Origin: the human T2T-CHM13v2.0 reference genome, Homo sapiens
Length of the DNA: 64,000 nucleotides
Strand: one strand, 5' to 3'
Assembly: GCF_009914755.1 (NCBI RefSeq)
Contig: NC_060946.1
Numbering within the stretch: the first letter of the stretch is position 1; each line of letters opens with the position of its first letter. Shown one piece after another: positions 1-19,152 of the stretch. The translations under genes were made by a program, and so were the position numbers. A model generated the notes under the pieces. That model was not told the DNA's origin. It saw only the letters and a list, made by a program, of their open reading frames with translations, and did not search any database.

Positions 1-509
1 CCCAACCCCTGGGGGGGCCTCGGCTCTGGCTCCAGCTTATGGCTGCAGCCTTACTCCCCACTGCAGTGACTACTGACGTTCCCAAAACACATCCTGCACT
101 TTTATCCTCAGTAAATGTTTGGGAGGGCGAAGGAGGAAGGTTTTGACTGAGTCTCGTAATGCCCCACCTCCATCGCACCGAAACTACAGCTCTGCAACTG
201 CTTCCAGGGCTTCACCAGGTATTCCGCGAGGTCCTGGCAAGAGCGCTGCTGGCAGGTGAGAAGGCAAACGTTCCCTGGACCCCAAATTCTCTCCTCTATA
301 CCCCCTACGGGAACCTGGCATAGGTGTGATGACCAGGGAGGGTCTGTCTGGGCTATAGGAATATTTCACCCTCCTGGCTCTGTCTGGGGAGGGCAGGGCT
401 ACAGCCCATTCTGGACAGATGTCCAGTCCAAAAGATTCAGGCCCATGAAGTGGGGCCCTGGATTATTATAAAGCAGATTTTAACCCATGGGTTTAAAATC
501 CTCTGGGTT

Positions 510-4709
<4,200 letters not shown>

Positions 4710-5664
4710 CTATTTACAAAGACATTTAAACTTAATGTGTGTTGGGAAACTATTGGGCAAAGTTCTCACTTCTTCATACAGATGAACTCAGCTCACGAAG
4801 GCTTGAAATGACTAACAACATTTAAGGGTCTAGGGGAAGTTTGGGAGACATGACTGCAAATCACCTCCATGGCTCCTCAGCCAGCTCAAGCACTTTCTTC
4901 TCCCTAAGGAAATAACCAATCTCCTGCCCAACACACCAGTTTTTCAAGCCCATGTAGGAGGCCAACTCAGCCAGCAATTAAATCGCGCTCAGCCCGCCGC
5001 TCAGTTCTCCGTGGCCTCGGGCAAGTCACTCTACCACTTCCAGCCTCAAGTTCCCCATCAGTAAAAGGTGGGTAACATGAATAGCTAGCAGACAACAGGA
5101 CTGTAAAAGATTAAATGAGGCATCGTGTATATGAAAGGGCTCAGAAAACTTAAAACGCCGCACAAAGAGAGGCGAGTGTTAACAGGGGCCGCGTGCAGGG
5201 GGATTTGGGCTTGCGCCTCAGCTTCGGCGGTCGGAGCAAGTCACTTCCCCGCTACTAAACTTCGGTTGTCTCAACTCTAAGATGGGTGGAGACCAGGCAG
5301 CGCCGAGATCACGGAGCGGGGCCCAAATGCCAGTCCACACAGGCAAGGAGGCTGCGCCGCCGAGACCCCAGGACCCCGGAACGCGGGGGCCCCAGGGGGC
5401 AGCCCCTCAGGTCCACGAGGCGGCACCCTGTCCCCGCCGCGGCCCCGTCGGCCTCCCAGGGCCGCCAGAGGGACTGCGCCTCGGCCAGTGGGCGGGCGGT
5501 CGGGGCCACGGCGGGGACGGCGGCAGCCGGCCAATGAGGAGCGCGGCTGTGGTCGGGGGCGGGCGCACCCGGTCCTCCGCGTCGCTCCCGGATCGCTACC
5601 TCCCCCGCCTCGAGCTCCACTAGGCCGAGGACCCTAAACCCCGAAGAAAGGAAAGGCCTCTCAC

Positions 5665-5723
5665 CGTCCTTTCGCCGCCGCCCCGCGCTTCCTGATGAGT
5701 TCGTCCAGGGAGATGTCCGCCAT
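5665..5723 (-). CDS. POLDIP3: POLDIP3 (SKAR/PDIP46) coding exon 1, MADISLDELIRKRGAAAKG(R); the rest of the gene lies left of the window
   Basis: ATG at 5723-5721 in strong context (AAGATGG). The peptide matches the recalled POLDIP3 N-terminus. The 59-nt exon is followed by donor CG|GTGAGA at 5664 and lies in a CpG island. Confidence 0.95.
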
Positions 5724-6049
5724 CTTGCTCCGCCGAGCAAGCCGAAAGCAGTCGAGACCCCGCGAGCCCGCCCCTTCGGCCGCTAGGGAGCGACGAACTA
5801 CTTCCGGCGTCCGCGGACCAACTCTCGCGACAGCCAGCTCAAAGCAGGCAAGAACCGGAAGGGGCGGGGACGTTCCCCGTGAGCCTTCGCGGTGCTGGCT
5901 GCTCATCTGCATACGGAAGTTCGGCACATTATGAATTATTTATTTTCCTCGAGGGAAAAAATTAAATGAAAAGCAACAAAATACATTATTAACAAGTGAG
6001 ACAAACTTCAATGGAACTGGATCATGACCTCAACAGTCAACTACGATAG

Positions 6050-6068
6050 TCATCATACGCCTAATGAG
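6050..6068 (+). promoter_or_regulatory. snRNA proximal sequence element (PSE)-like
   Basis: tcatcatacgcctaatgag begins ~60 nt upstream of the U12 start, the expected PSE position. Only a loose match to the TCACCNTNA-type consensus. Confidence 0.5.
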
Positions 6069-6109
6069 AATAGAATTCATTACCTAGGAAATAAACTAAA
6101 AACGTCCTT

Positions 6110-6259
6110 ATGCCTTAAACTTATGAGTAAGGAAAATAACGATTCGGGGTGACGCCCGAATCCTCACTGCTAATGTGAGACGAATTTTTGAGCGGGTAAA
6201 GGTCGCCCTCAAGGTGACCCGCCTACTTTGCGGGATGCCTGGGAGTTGCGATCTGCCCG
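6110..6259 (+). ncRNA. RNU12: U12 minor spliceosomal snRNA
   Basis: 150 nt ATGCCTTAAACTTATGAGTAAGGAAAAT...GATCTGCCCG matching recalled human U12. It contains the branch-site recognition segment GAGTAAGGAAA, hairpin gattcggggtgacgcccgaatc (6141-6162) and Sm site AATTTTTG (6183-6190). It is flanked by DSE/PSE-like and 3'-box elements with no poly(A) tail or TSD, so it is a real gene rather than a retropseudogene. Confidence 0.97.
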
Positions 6260-6270
6260 ACCTTATTCAC

Positions 6271-6284
6271 GCCTAAAAAGTAGA
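6271..6284 (+). terminator. snRNA 3' box (Integrator processing signal)
   Basis: gcctaaaaagtaga starts 12 nt after the U12 end and resembles GTTTN0-3AAARNNAGA. Confidence 0.65.
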
Positions 6285-6869
6285 CTGACTGTGGGGTGGT
6301 CGTGTTTTTTGTTTCTTGTTGGTAGGTGGTGAATGCGTTTTTTTCGTTGTTTTCTCCGTTACTCAGGCTGCCAGTTGCTTGGCAGTCTTGTCGCTGGCTG
6401 TGGACGCTCTGCACTTCATCACCGTCCCCAGCTGCGCTTTGAGCCGGTCTAAGGTTGCCCACAGTATTGACGTTGGGACCCACGAAACTGGCAATTTCCA
6501 TGTGTGCGGCCTTACCCAGTTCTCCCAAACTTCTGCGTATAACCGCTTCTCTGTGCTTCAGAAAGATAAGTCCGGCCCCGGCCTCACACAGCAGCTCAGT
6601 TCGTGACAGCGTTTAATATGTAAAATGGAGCAAATAATTTATAGGGCGTTGGGAGAGTTAAAGAGACTAATTCATTTACGTGTTAAATACAGGGAATGGC
6701 TTTTGCATTGATATAACCCCAGCCTCCAGCATGCGCCAGACCTGACGTAGGTGTTCGGCACATATTTTGTCCAATCACTCTAAAAATACACTCCATGCCC
6801 TTAGAACAGGTGGGGTTATGTCCTCTTGGCCATCAGGCATCAGGAGCTCCGTGCAGAAACTGGGTAAGA

Positions 6870-8160
<1,291 letters not shown>

Positions 8161-8723
8161 GGTGTCGAGTCTGTATGGAGAATCGCTGCCTTAGAGCCCT
8201 CTCCCATTTTCTGAATGGGGAAACAGACCTGGAGAGGGTGGGAATCGGGTCCAATTGATCCCCTTTTCCCACGTCCCCTTTCCCAGGAGGCAGCCTCTTG
8301 TGGGCTCAGGCAGGCCTGTGTTCAAATCCTGTGCCTTTCAGCCTCAGACAGGGACAGAAATGAGGATGAAACCTAACGCGTGTCCATTGCTAGCAGTCCC
8401 CCGCCACAGTGTGAAGGCCATTTTGGGTCTGAGATTCCTTTTCCTGCCACTGTAGGTAGTGAGGTGGCCAGAGACAGAATGGAAAATGCGAAGTGAGAGG
8501 AGACAGGGCTCTCCTAGTCCCCTAGGTTGGTCTTGGGCCCTCCTTCCTGTGAACCTGCCCCGTCCCCTCTTCTTCCCCACTCCCCTCCAGCCACACTGGC
8601 CTCACTGTGCTCCTAGGGCCACCCAGCAAGTCTCCGGAGCACCAGCCTAGCCCCGCCTCCCTCTCCAGCCTCATCGTTGCTGCCCCTTCCAGCCACCTAT
8701 CTTCTTCGATCTGTTTCTGAAAG

Positions 8724-8729
8724 TTTATT
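8724..8729 (-). terminator. CYB5R3: CYB5R3 distal poly(A) signal AATAAA
   Basis: tttatt on the plus strand, ~1.9 kb past the stop codon. It is the first canonical minus-strand hexamer I saw after the stop. Confidence 0.7.
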
Positions 8730-9125
8730 CCACAAGCTGGTTCCAACGGCAGGGCCTTTGCGTCTGCTGTTTCCACCATTTGAACACCCACCCACCCCAG
8801 CATGGCCAGCTCTCTCTTCCCGTCCCAGCCCAAATCCATCTCCTTGGGGCCTTCCTGCTGCCCCGTTTTAAGAACAGCCCCACACCCACCTTGCCTCATC
8901 ACCTCTGTAATTTACCACCATGCAGATGGCATCCTCTGACTTTCCTGAGCCTCGAGGCTCATCTGACCCTGACAGGAGGCAGCAGCCTCGCGGTGCATTG
9001 GGGTGACTGGGGTTGCGTGGTTTCAGCTGGTTTGCCTCTGGGGGTTGGGAATTTTTCTTCCTGTGTATACTTCTCTGCACTTTCCAAATTTTCTACCACA
9101 AAGATACATCAGAAATAAATGCTGG

Positions 9126-9606
<481 letters not shown>

Positions 9607-9698
9607 CTAGGTCTTCCCCAGCCCTTTCCTGACCCCACCCCTTGTGTTGCAGGTCACAGACCCTCGAGGAGCTAGAGAAGGGTTAATATTAGCAAAGT

Positions 9699-9704
9699 TT
9701 TACT
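9699..9704 (-). terminator. CYB5R3: CYB5R3 proximal poly(A) signal variant AGTAAA
   Basis: tttact on the plus strand, in an abrupt AT-rich patch ~940 nt after the stop and just before the Alu composite. Confidence 0.55.
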
Positions 9705-10642
9705 TTTTTTTTTTCTGCTCATAAATGACTCTGAAAAAGCCAATACGCAAGAGGCTAACACAACTGTAGTCTAAAGGCAACGTCGAGGTCACTGATATGT
9801 CCCTCAGACAAGAGGCACTGCTCAGAATCCCCCTGTGCTGGGGGTGAGGGAAGGAGGGGACGGTTTAGGACAGAGGAATAAATACATGTGGTTGTGGGAG
9901 TTCTGCCATCAGGGATGGTGGCCCCAGCCCAGGACCCCAAAACCCTGAGGCGGTGCAGTGGGCTGCCAACCCCCCAGCTCGGGGTTCCCCAAGGCTGCCT
10001 CAGTGTTTGGATGGGCTGGAAGGAAATGCTGAGGTTCTGGGAGGGCCCCATGGCCAGCCCCCTCTTCCCACTCTAGCCAGAGGAGAGCCAAGCTCCCGGC
10101 TGGCCAGGGCCCTGGGGTAGGGAGCAGTGCCCCCAAGAGGGCTTTCTGGTGTCAATGTCTCATGCAGCGTCAGGTGGTGAGGCCTGGGCCTGGCCCTGAG
10201 GCGGGAGTGGGGGTGACAGGCGAGGCTGGGGTGGGCCCTGGCACCTGCAGCTTTGGGCTGCCCATGTGTGTCTGCTGACATCCCGACTATGGTCCACGGC
10301 CGGGAATGGTGGGCAGACGGGGCTGCTGGCAGCCCTCAGCCTTATAGTGTGTGTGGGGGGTGGACGAGGGGTCATGAGGACAGGGATGGGGCTGGGCGTC
10401 TCTGGTAAGGACCAGTAAGTGCCAGGCAGGACGTACTCTGAAGGCTCAGCCGTGGCCCATCTGGGACACAGCCCTGCTCCCGAAGGGGCTCCAGGGGAAC
10501 TGCTCAGCCAGGTGATTCACCAGGGCACGGGCAGGCCAGGCTGAACCCGGGGCCCCAGTGTGCGATGTGGGGAGGTGACTGGGTGAGCGTGAACAGGGCG
10601 TGGGGTGCGCGGGGCGGGTGGCCGTGTGACCGTGCCCGGCCC

Positions 10643-10858
<216 letters not shown>

Positions 10859-12049
10859 TCACCAACCTGCTGACCGACCAACCCTAGGCGGTGAATTCCT
10901 TAAATGCTGAAGAATGGAGAGGCTGATCCCAGCAAACTGTCACCAGGACCCCCTGCCCCCAACCCTGACTCAAGCCTATGGCCTCAGGCCCTGCAGCCTG
11001 AAACCAGTGTACAAAGCCCATCATGGTTCCCCTGACTGCACTTTACAGTTTGCAAAGCCTTTTGCTTCCATTTGGCCTCCGGGGTGTCCCTTGGAACAAC
11101 CCAGTGGGTGGACAGGGCGGGGAATATGAATCCCATTTTACAGATGTGGCAACTGAGGCCCAGAGGACCCAGAGTTGAGTTGCTCAAGATCACACAATGA
11201 GGCAGGGACACGACTGAGATGTACCTTCCAGGATCCAGAGGTCCCCAGGCTGGTGCTCTGCCCCAGGCTGCTCAGGGTGACAGTCTCTAACTGCCCCCAC
11301 CTCCATGAGCCCACTGTGACTCCCCAAGAATGTCGGCCCATGAGGAACTGAGTCTCATCCACAGCTGTGTGTCCTGCCCCCTCGAGCCCTGAGCGCCCAC
11401 GATGATATGGCTGGTCTCTATCCTTAGTAACCAGAAACAACCACCCCACAGCCCTCAACACCAAGAGAAAAGCTGCTGAAGCCTCAGGCCAGGAGGGCTG
11501 GCACTGGCTGACACAGACACCCTGCCTAGATGGCCCAAGTTTACAGCATACACTCCACGCTGTGAAGGTCCTGACGGGGAGGGGCCAAAGCAGTCCCGCT
11601 TGCCCTGGAACCAGGAAGAGTCTACTGTGCTGAGCAAGGGGGTCCTCTTTATCTCATGGACTCCATGAGCTAAGTCACTGACCACATTTCCCTTTTCACC
11701 TTGGCTGCTGGGAAGCCTGGAGTGATACGTGTGGCCCATTCACAGCAAGCGTACATTATAGTCCGTTTTTGTACAAATCCCAGTACTGATTCCATTCATT
11801 TTATAGCCCTGCACTTGTTTTTCTTTCACTCCCACTTTCCATTTGTGCCACTCTGACTCACCAGATGAGTCTTTGTAAGCCTCCTAAAATCCCTCTGGAA
11901 CAAGGCGAGGCACAGAAAATAGTTTTATAGCTGGGCAATGGATCTGAAGTGGATCTGAAAGTACCTTGTAAAAACTGCATGGGCATAAACTGCTAGTGTA
12001 CAAAATGTGCAGGTATGTAAGACACCTTTCAATTTCACAGCGATTTCTT

Positions 12050-12053
<4 letters not shown>

Positions 12054-12089
<36 letters not shown>
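12054..12089 (+). repeat. (GT)18 microsatellite at the tail of a FAM-type Alu monomer (about 12090-12250, minus)
   Basis: Direct reading. The adjacent gcagtggctattcacagg segment is 7SL/FAM-like. Confidence 0.9.
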
Positions 12090-12092
<3 letters not shown>

Positions 12093-12797
12093 TAAGAGAC
12101 AGGAATTGGCTATGTTGCCCCAGCTGGCAGGCAGTGGCTATTCACAGGTGTGATCATAATGCCCTCCAGCCTGGAGCTCCTGGGCTCATGTGATCCTCTT
12201 GCCTTAGCTTTGAATAGCTGGGACTACAGGTGCATGCCACCGTGCATGGCTTAATGTATTTTTCCCTGTACCTGTCCTGAAAGTGGCTCTGTGGGGGAAA
12301 TACTCACTGCCCCTGCCTGGAGTCCTTGGGGCTCTCCTCATCCTTCGCTTAGCTACGGTACAGCCAGACTGGCCTGTTACCACTTTCTTTCTCAACCTCT
12401 GGAATTTCAGCTTACATTTAATGCTACAGCAGTACCTCAACTAATCTTGAATTGTGGGTCACAGTGGCAACAAATGTACACGAAAAATGCTAGGAGATCA
12501 CCCAACTATTCCTCTCATTGGCAGGTAACTGTCCCGTGGTGGTGGTGCAGGTGCTGCTGCCTGTTGCCACCAGGGGTCAGCACTGGCCCCTCCCTGGGGG
12601 ACCAGGCCTCGCTCTGGCCACAGGGCAGGGGCTCCTGCACGCACCAGGGATCTGGATCACTCATCTGGAATTGGGATGGGGCTAAACCCTGCCTCGCAGC
12701 AAGCTGGCCCCGCCCATGCCATTAGAAACTGCAGTCAGAAAGGAGCAAAGCAGCCTATCACTTCCTCCCTTTAGACTGACACATGGGTACAGGATAA

Positions 12798-12920
<123 letters not shown>

Positions 12921-14659
12921 TAGCTGGGACTACAGGCACGCGACACCACGCCCAGCTAATTTTTGTATTTTTAGTAGAGACAGAGTTTCACCATGTTGGC
13001 CAGGATGGTCTCGATCTCTTGACCTCATGATCTGCCTGCCTCGGCCTCCCAAAGTGCTGGGATTACAGACGTGAGCCACCGCGCCCGGCCTGCTCCTTTC
13101 GTTAGTAGAAGAGAAACAGCAGCTAGACTCCCAGAGCCAGTGCCCTGGCTGACCTCCGCTCCAGCCGCTGCCTGGCTCTGCTTGGCCCCCCACATCACAG
13201 GAACCCCGCCACCATAACCGCGCTATAATTTACTAAGAAACCTGCTCCCATTAGTCCTCTGCCTCCCCCACTGGAAGGTCAGCTGCGGGGTCAGGTTGGC
13301 TTCCTGAGCATACCAGGTGGAGCAGCCGACCTGGAGGGGGTGGGCTGACCCAGGACAGCAGGTCCAGCCAGAGGCCGGACACGGTGACAACCCACACATC
13401 CACCACCCCCTCCAGGCCTGGGTCTCTCAGCCTGGAGGCCTGGAACCCAAGCTGGTCATCTGAGAAGGGCGGCTGCTCCCTCAGGGATGGGCCCAGGTGA
13501 CCCAGCTCCTAGGTGCTAGCCAGGTGGTGCAAGTCCCAGAGCCCATGTGCTCCTTTCTGGGAGGAGCAGAGGGTGGTGTGGACAGAGCTCCCTCATCAGT
13601 AGAGGGCATGCACCCCCTGACATGGATCATCAGCAGAGGGTGTGCGCCCCCCACCATGGATTAGTCCTGAGGAAACTGTGGGGCCGTAGGAGGTGCCGGA
13701 GGCAAAGCAGGGGCAGATGGCAGGACATGAGACCCCAAACTGGTGCTCACACGGGTATTCAAAAATGGTGCTTCCAACACTTAGAAATTTCCCAGAAAAT
13801 GCAGGTCCCCAGCTTCTCTTGAAAAGCAGAGGCCCTGGCCACACAGGGCTATACTCCACAGCGGGATTGCCCACGGCGGATGGGGCTGTGTCCTCCGGAC
13901 CAGGCAGATGCGCTCCAATTTACCGCAGTTGCCGCCACTCCCTAGTCTCTCAGCCCTGAAGCTAAACATCACCAGAATGTTTCCTGGGGAAGGCTGAGCT
14001 CTGCTTTTCTTACAGCAAAGAAGAAATTGAGATATTACTTATACCTACATCTCTATCTGAAGCCGAAAAGGGAAGGGCGCTTTAACTCCCAGAGGCAACC
14101 TCACTGCAAGTGGTGGGGGTGGGGCGGCCCTCACTCGCTGCCTCCAGCTTGGCTCTCCCACAACTCCCTTGGCAAGCAGCTCAGCCACTGGACAGGTGGA
14201 ACAAGGGTAACCCCAACGTCGGCCCAGCCCACTCCCCAGGGCTGACAATGGGAGAGAAGATGGCCTTGGTGTAACTCGGCAGCACCTGAGAGTATGCACG
14301 CTGGGATGTGGAAGCAGCAGCCGCCACCGCTGCCCCGAGACTTGCCCCGAAGTGAGCCCCGCCCAGGGAGGGGACGCTGGCCTTCTCTGCCCAGCTGGGC
14401 AGTGCAGTGCGCCCGGGAAAGGACTCTGCCTCTGGAGGCGAGGACCTGGGTTTCAGGCCGGGCTGTGGTGGTTTCCGGCTGTGTGGCTTCAGTGAGCCCT
14501 TGTTCCTCATCTGTGAGACGGGGCCACACCACCTGCCTCCCACAGGGCCATAGTGAGTGCCAGATGTCGTCCAAAGGCTCAACGCCACAAACAGCTGGGC
14601 AAAGGTGAACTGTGGGCTGGCACCTCCCACCCACCCAGTGAGGGGCCTCCCTCACTCAC

Positions 14660-14759
14660 CTTCAGGGGCTCTGTCCAGCGTGTACCAGAGCTTGAAGCGT
14701 GCAGAATGTTTGTTCCTGAGTTCCTCCAGCTCAGGTCGCAGCAGGATGTCCTTCTCGGT
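14660..14759 (-). CDS. CYB5R3: CYB5R3 exon 8 ([33 protein letters not shown])
   Basis: cag| acceptor and G|GTGAGT donor; 100 nt; frame continuous with neighbouring exons. Confidence 0.97.
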
Positions 14760-16073
14760 CTGCAGGGGACAGGGCCAGGCAGTCAGGAAGGATGGGTGGC
14801 AGACTGCCCCTGGAGACACTCAACAGAGACGCGCCTCGTCATCGCGCCCGCCTGCGGGCCACACGCTTGCGGAGCTTTCAGGAGGGGACTCGGCCAGAGA
14901 TCACCCTGGCACCCCTCTCTCCTTGTCTAGCCTAAGGAGCCCCTCAAAGCTGCTGCTGAAGGGGCGAAGGCGTTCGCTAGAAACTCAGTGTGTCAACTGC
15001 TTCTGCTGTTGTGAGGAAATGGGCTCGATGTCCCGAGAGTGGGAAAAATGGAAAAAACTAAAGGCGGCCAAGCTGCGCGACAGCAAAAAGGGAAGAGACG
15101 GGAAATGTGCCAAGATACTCCAGGGGGTCAGCCCGGGAGCGGGTGTAACACATACAATAAGCAATGGCCCCGTGAGAAGGCTCAGGATTTGCACCCTCAG
15201 CCCTCCGGCAAGTCTTTTTGCGTTCTGGGATCTCATTCAGGTTGTACCTCCAGAAACCAGGAAGTACAGACACCACTCCCCACCCAACCTGGCCCCCTCG
15301 GGCCTTGCCCACACCCATCCTCCTGGCTGGCCTGCGGCTCCCCCACCCCCACCCGGCTGTCACAGAGCCCTACAGAACTCAGTCCAGCGTCATCCCTTCC
15401 AGGAAAGCTTCCTGGACCCTCCAGGGGCTATCAGGGATCTCCCCCTGAATCCCCCACCCGACTCCCCGCCCCCCACCCCCGTTCCACCTCTGATCACATC
15501 ACAGGCTGCTGCCCAGCGTTTGCAGGTCACACAGGGACAGAAGGGGCTCCTTAGGTCAGTGTGCAGTGTCCCTGACCTCAGGGAACTCAAAGAAACCAGG
15601 GGCCAAAGAGCGCTGCCACCCAGAAAGGGCTGCCCACTAACAAATCGCTACTGAGCTCCCAGGCTGGGCAAGGGCGGGGTGGACTCTCCCCAGGAGGCAG
15701 CCACAGACGTGACTCCTCTGTTCCCAGGGCTGGGGAACTGCACCCACCCTCCGCGTAGCCCAAGGGTGCCTGAATACGGGAATCACCAGCTCCTTGGTGC
15801 TCCCCTCCAGCAGATGAGCTGTGTGAGGGGCATAAGCCTCAACACATCCCAGGGAACACGGGGTGTTGAACAGTTTTTCCAGTTTCTGAGGGTGGGAGGC
15901 TGAGGGCCCTTTCTGCCCTAATGGGGTGAGGACAGGGACAGGGACAGGCTTTGGGCTAGATGAACTCAAGGAAAAAAATACAGAAAATATGGAAGAAAAA
16001 GTACCTGAAACCCTTCAGAAATAATGACTGTTAGGATTTTTGTGTGCATCTTTTCACTTTTCTTTTTCTATTA

Positions 16074-16229
<156 letters not shown>

Positions 16230-16960
16230 TTAGCTGGATGTGGTGGCGGGCACCTGTAATCGCAGCTACTCAGGTAGCTGAGGCAGGACAATCGCTTGAA
16301 CCCGGGAGGCGGAGGTTGCAGTGAGCCGAGATTCACGCCATTGCACTCCAGCCTGGGCAATAAGAGTGAAATTCCGTCTCAATTTTTTTAAAAAAAGTTA
16401 TGTCTTCCTCTCTGAGCTAAAGTGTGTCTCATGCTTTAATCCTCACCACCATCCTTTGAGGTGGCCACCGCCGCGACCCACCTGACAGATGAACAGAGGG
16501 ATGGAACCTTGGGGGGCTGCTACTCGAGGGTAGGGGGCTCCCAGCTCAAAACCAGGCACTGAGGTCACGGAGGAAGGTAGGAGAGGAAACGAGCAGCAAT
16601 GACCCGACTGGCACGGTTCTCGGAGTGTAGCATGGGGACCCCTGGGGTTGGGACCCTGGAGAGGATCCCTGAGGCCAAATGGTTTTCATATAATACTGAG
16701 ACACTGGTATTTTTCACTCTTCCTCTCTCAGTAGATGGGGCCACTTTCCAGAGGCTGCGTGACTGGCAACATCACACAGATGGGATGTAGAAACAAACAC
16801 AGGAATCTAGCTGTCCTATGAAGCCAGACATTCCAAGGTTTGCAAAAACGTAAAACAGAATGATGTTTTCTAAAATAGTTTTTTAAAAATAAAAATAGGC
16901 TGGGTACTGTGGCTCACGCCTGTAATCCCAACACTTTGGGAGGCTGAGGCGGGTGGATCA

Positions 16961-17179
<219 letters not shown>

Positions 17180-18078
17180 TCAAAATAAATAAATAAATAA
17201 AACCCTGGTTTGCATCCTGGTTTCAGCACTTCCCACGAGACATGCACAGTCAAGCCCCTCCCGGAGCCTGTGTTCGGAGGTATGAGATGAGGCGACCACA
17301 CTGCCCTCGCTACCAGCTGCAAAGATGGCCTGTACAGGTGACAGACGGTCTGACGGCCTCCACAGACTCTGAACCAGCACCACCAAGTCTCACTGCTGCC
17401 CTCTCTCCCTCCACACCAGCCAGCTTAGAATTTCTGGCTCTTTCTCCCCTGGGCCTGGCAAGGCCATCTTGGTTGGCCTTGCGGCAGTTTTCTGCAGCTG
17501 CGGGGAGGCAGGGTGGGGCAAGGACCCACATCCAAGGACCTCAGGCAAGCATCTTCTCCCCCAAATCTACGTCATCAGTCACAAAACACTAACCTGAAAA
17601 GACCTTGCAACAACCCAGTTTCATCAGCTCATTCTACAGATGAGGGAGTGAAGCTCAGAGAGGGAAAGTAGCTCGTCCAAGACCACACAGCAGGCCAGGG
17701 CGGGCAGGCAGGCAGTGGGCTCGTGGACAAGGATATGAATCAGGAGCCAGAGACACCAACATTCAAATCCTGCCCTGACACCCTGTAGCTCAGGGGCTTC
17801 GTGCAAATGTCTGGTCATTTGTAAGATGGGCCCCTCCATGTCCAGGCCAGCATTCTTCCCACTCTACCAGTGGGTTCCACACCGTGCTCATGGTGAAGGG
17901 AGTTCTGAGTTTTGGAGGAAGCAGCCAGGGGAGGGGGTGCTCAGGGAGCTCCCCGCAAGGCAGCCCCCTCAGCCAGACACAGGCGCTGCACCACAAAGCC
18001 TGCCCGCCGTGCTGCTGCCAAGGCCGCCAGTGCACAGAACATTCAGGGCCCCCCATCCCGGTCATCCCCAGAATCTCA

Positions 18079-18306
<228 letters not shown>

Positions 18307-18475
18307 TCACAGGCACCGCCCCGCCCAGGTGTACTGGGGTGGAGGGGCCAGGACCACTGGGCCTGGGCCCCTGACCTCTGGTAGCTCCCAGGCACTCAGA
18401 ACCTGCGCCTCACCCACACCCCAACCCCACCCTTAACATGAGCCGCCGGACGCCTCAGTGGGGGGTTCCGTGTAC

Positions 18476-18559
18476 CTGTCCCTCCCGCGATCATGCCCAC
18501 AGACTTCACTGTCCTGATGATAGGGTTGGACTTTTTGTCAGGTCGGATGGCGAACTTCC
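18476..18559 (-). CDS. CYB5R3: CYB5R3 exon 6 ([27 protein letters not shown])
   Basis: cag| acceptor and CAG|GTACAC donor; 84 nt; MIAGGT NADH-binding motif. Confidence 0.97.
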
Positions 18560-19022
18560 CTGGGGAGAGAGAAGGGGTGAGGCCCGGCCATCAAACATGC
18601 CATGTGTGGTGGCTGGAGAGGCTGGAGAGGGGGCTGGAGAACCTGCCCCCACTGTGAGGTCCGAGGTAGAGGCAGCTGCCATTCTAACGCGAGCCATGAG
18701 GAAGGTGCAGGAGCAGTGGAGAGGCTGGGAACCCGGAGGCTCAGCTCTGTCCTCTTGCTTGCTTGTTTCAGATGCTGAGAAAGCCAAATAGAGGCTGGCA
18801 GTGGGTGAGACGTGGCCCCCAGGAGTGGCCTGTCTGCAACCCCTATGCCAGCAACTTACCCCCTCTACAGCCAGGGAGACTCAGTTCCCAGAGAGGGACA
18901 GCTGGCCTGACGAGAGTCACCCATCCACACAGAGCCAGGGGCCTGCACCCTGCACCCAGCACGCCCAAGCTCTCCAATTCTCTGAGCCTGCCGTGTAACC
19001 AAGGGATTCCGACCCGAATCAC

Positions 19023-19152
19023 CTTTGCCCTGGTAGACCAGCAGCCCACTGGGGCCCCGGAACTCAATGGTGTCTCCAATCTGCATGCTCTCCAGGTACT
19101 GAGACATCTTCCCTCCAGCGGGAAACTTGGGATGGGTGTCCTTGAAGTAAAC
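19023..19152 (-). CDS. CYB5R3: CYB5R3 exon 5 ([20 protein letters not shown]...[12 protein letters not shown]); carries Thr117 (ACC, 19137-19135)
   Basis: cag| acceptor and AAG|GTGATT donor; 130 nt; GKMS FAD-binding motif. Confidence 0.97.

Larger units (their letters stand above)
5150..6100. promoter_or_regulatory. CpG island / bidirectional promoter of POLDIP3 (-) and RNU12 (+)
   Basis: High CpG density. YY1 motif over the ATG (ccgccatctt 5717-5726), ACTACTTCCGG ETS-like ~5797-5807, TCTCGCGACA 5823-5832 (1 mismatch to TCTCGCGAGA), ccggaa 5855-5860, GC box 5861-5869, octamer-like ATGCAGAT (minus, 5905-5912), cggaagt 5914-5920. Confidence 0.85.

Noticed and set aside
6110-6259. U12 as a pseudogene or disease allele
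   Set aside because: It has promoter and 3'-box elements and no A tail or TSD. Positions 84 (C, 6193) and 86 (G, 6195) match the recalled normal sequence.
6223-6606. 101-aa and 96-aa ORFs overlapping or following RNU12
   Set aside because: Non-ATG starts, no recognisable homology and no exon structure.
12090-12250. 7SL RNA gene
   Set aside because: Short diverged monomer lacking the S domain; a FAM-type Alu relic.
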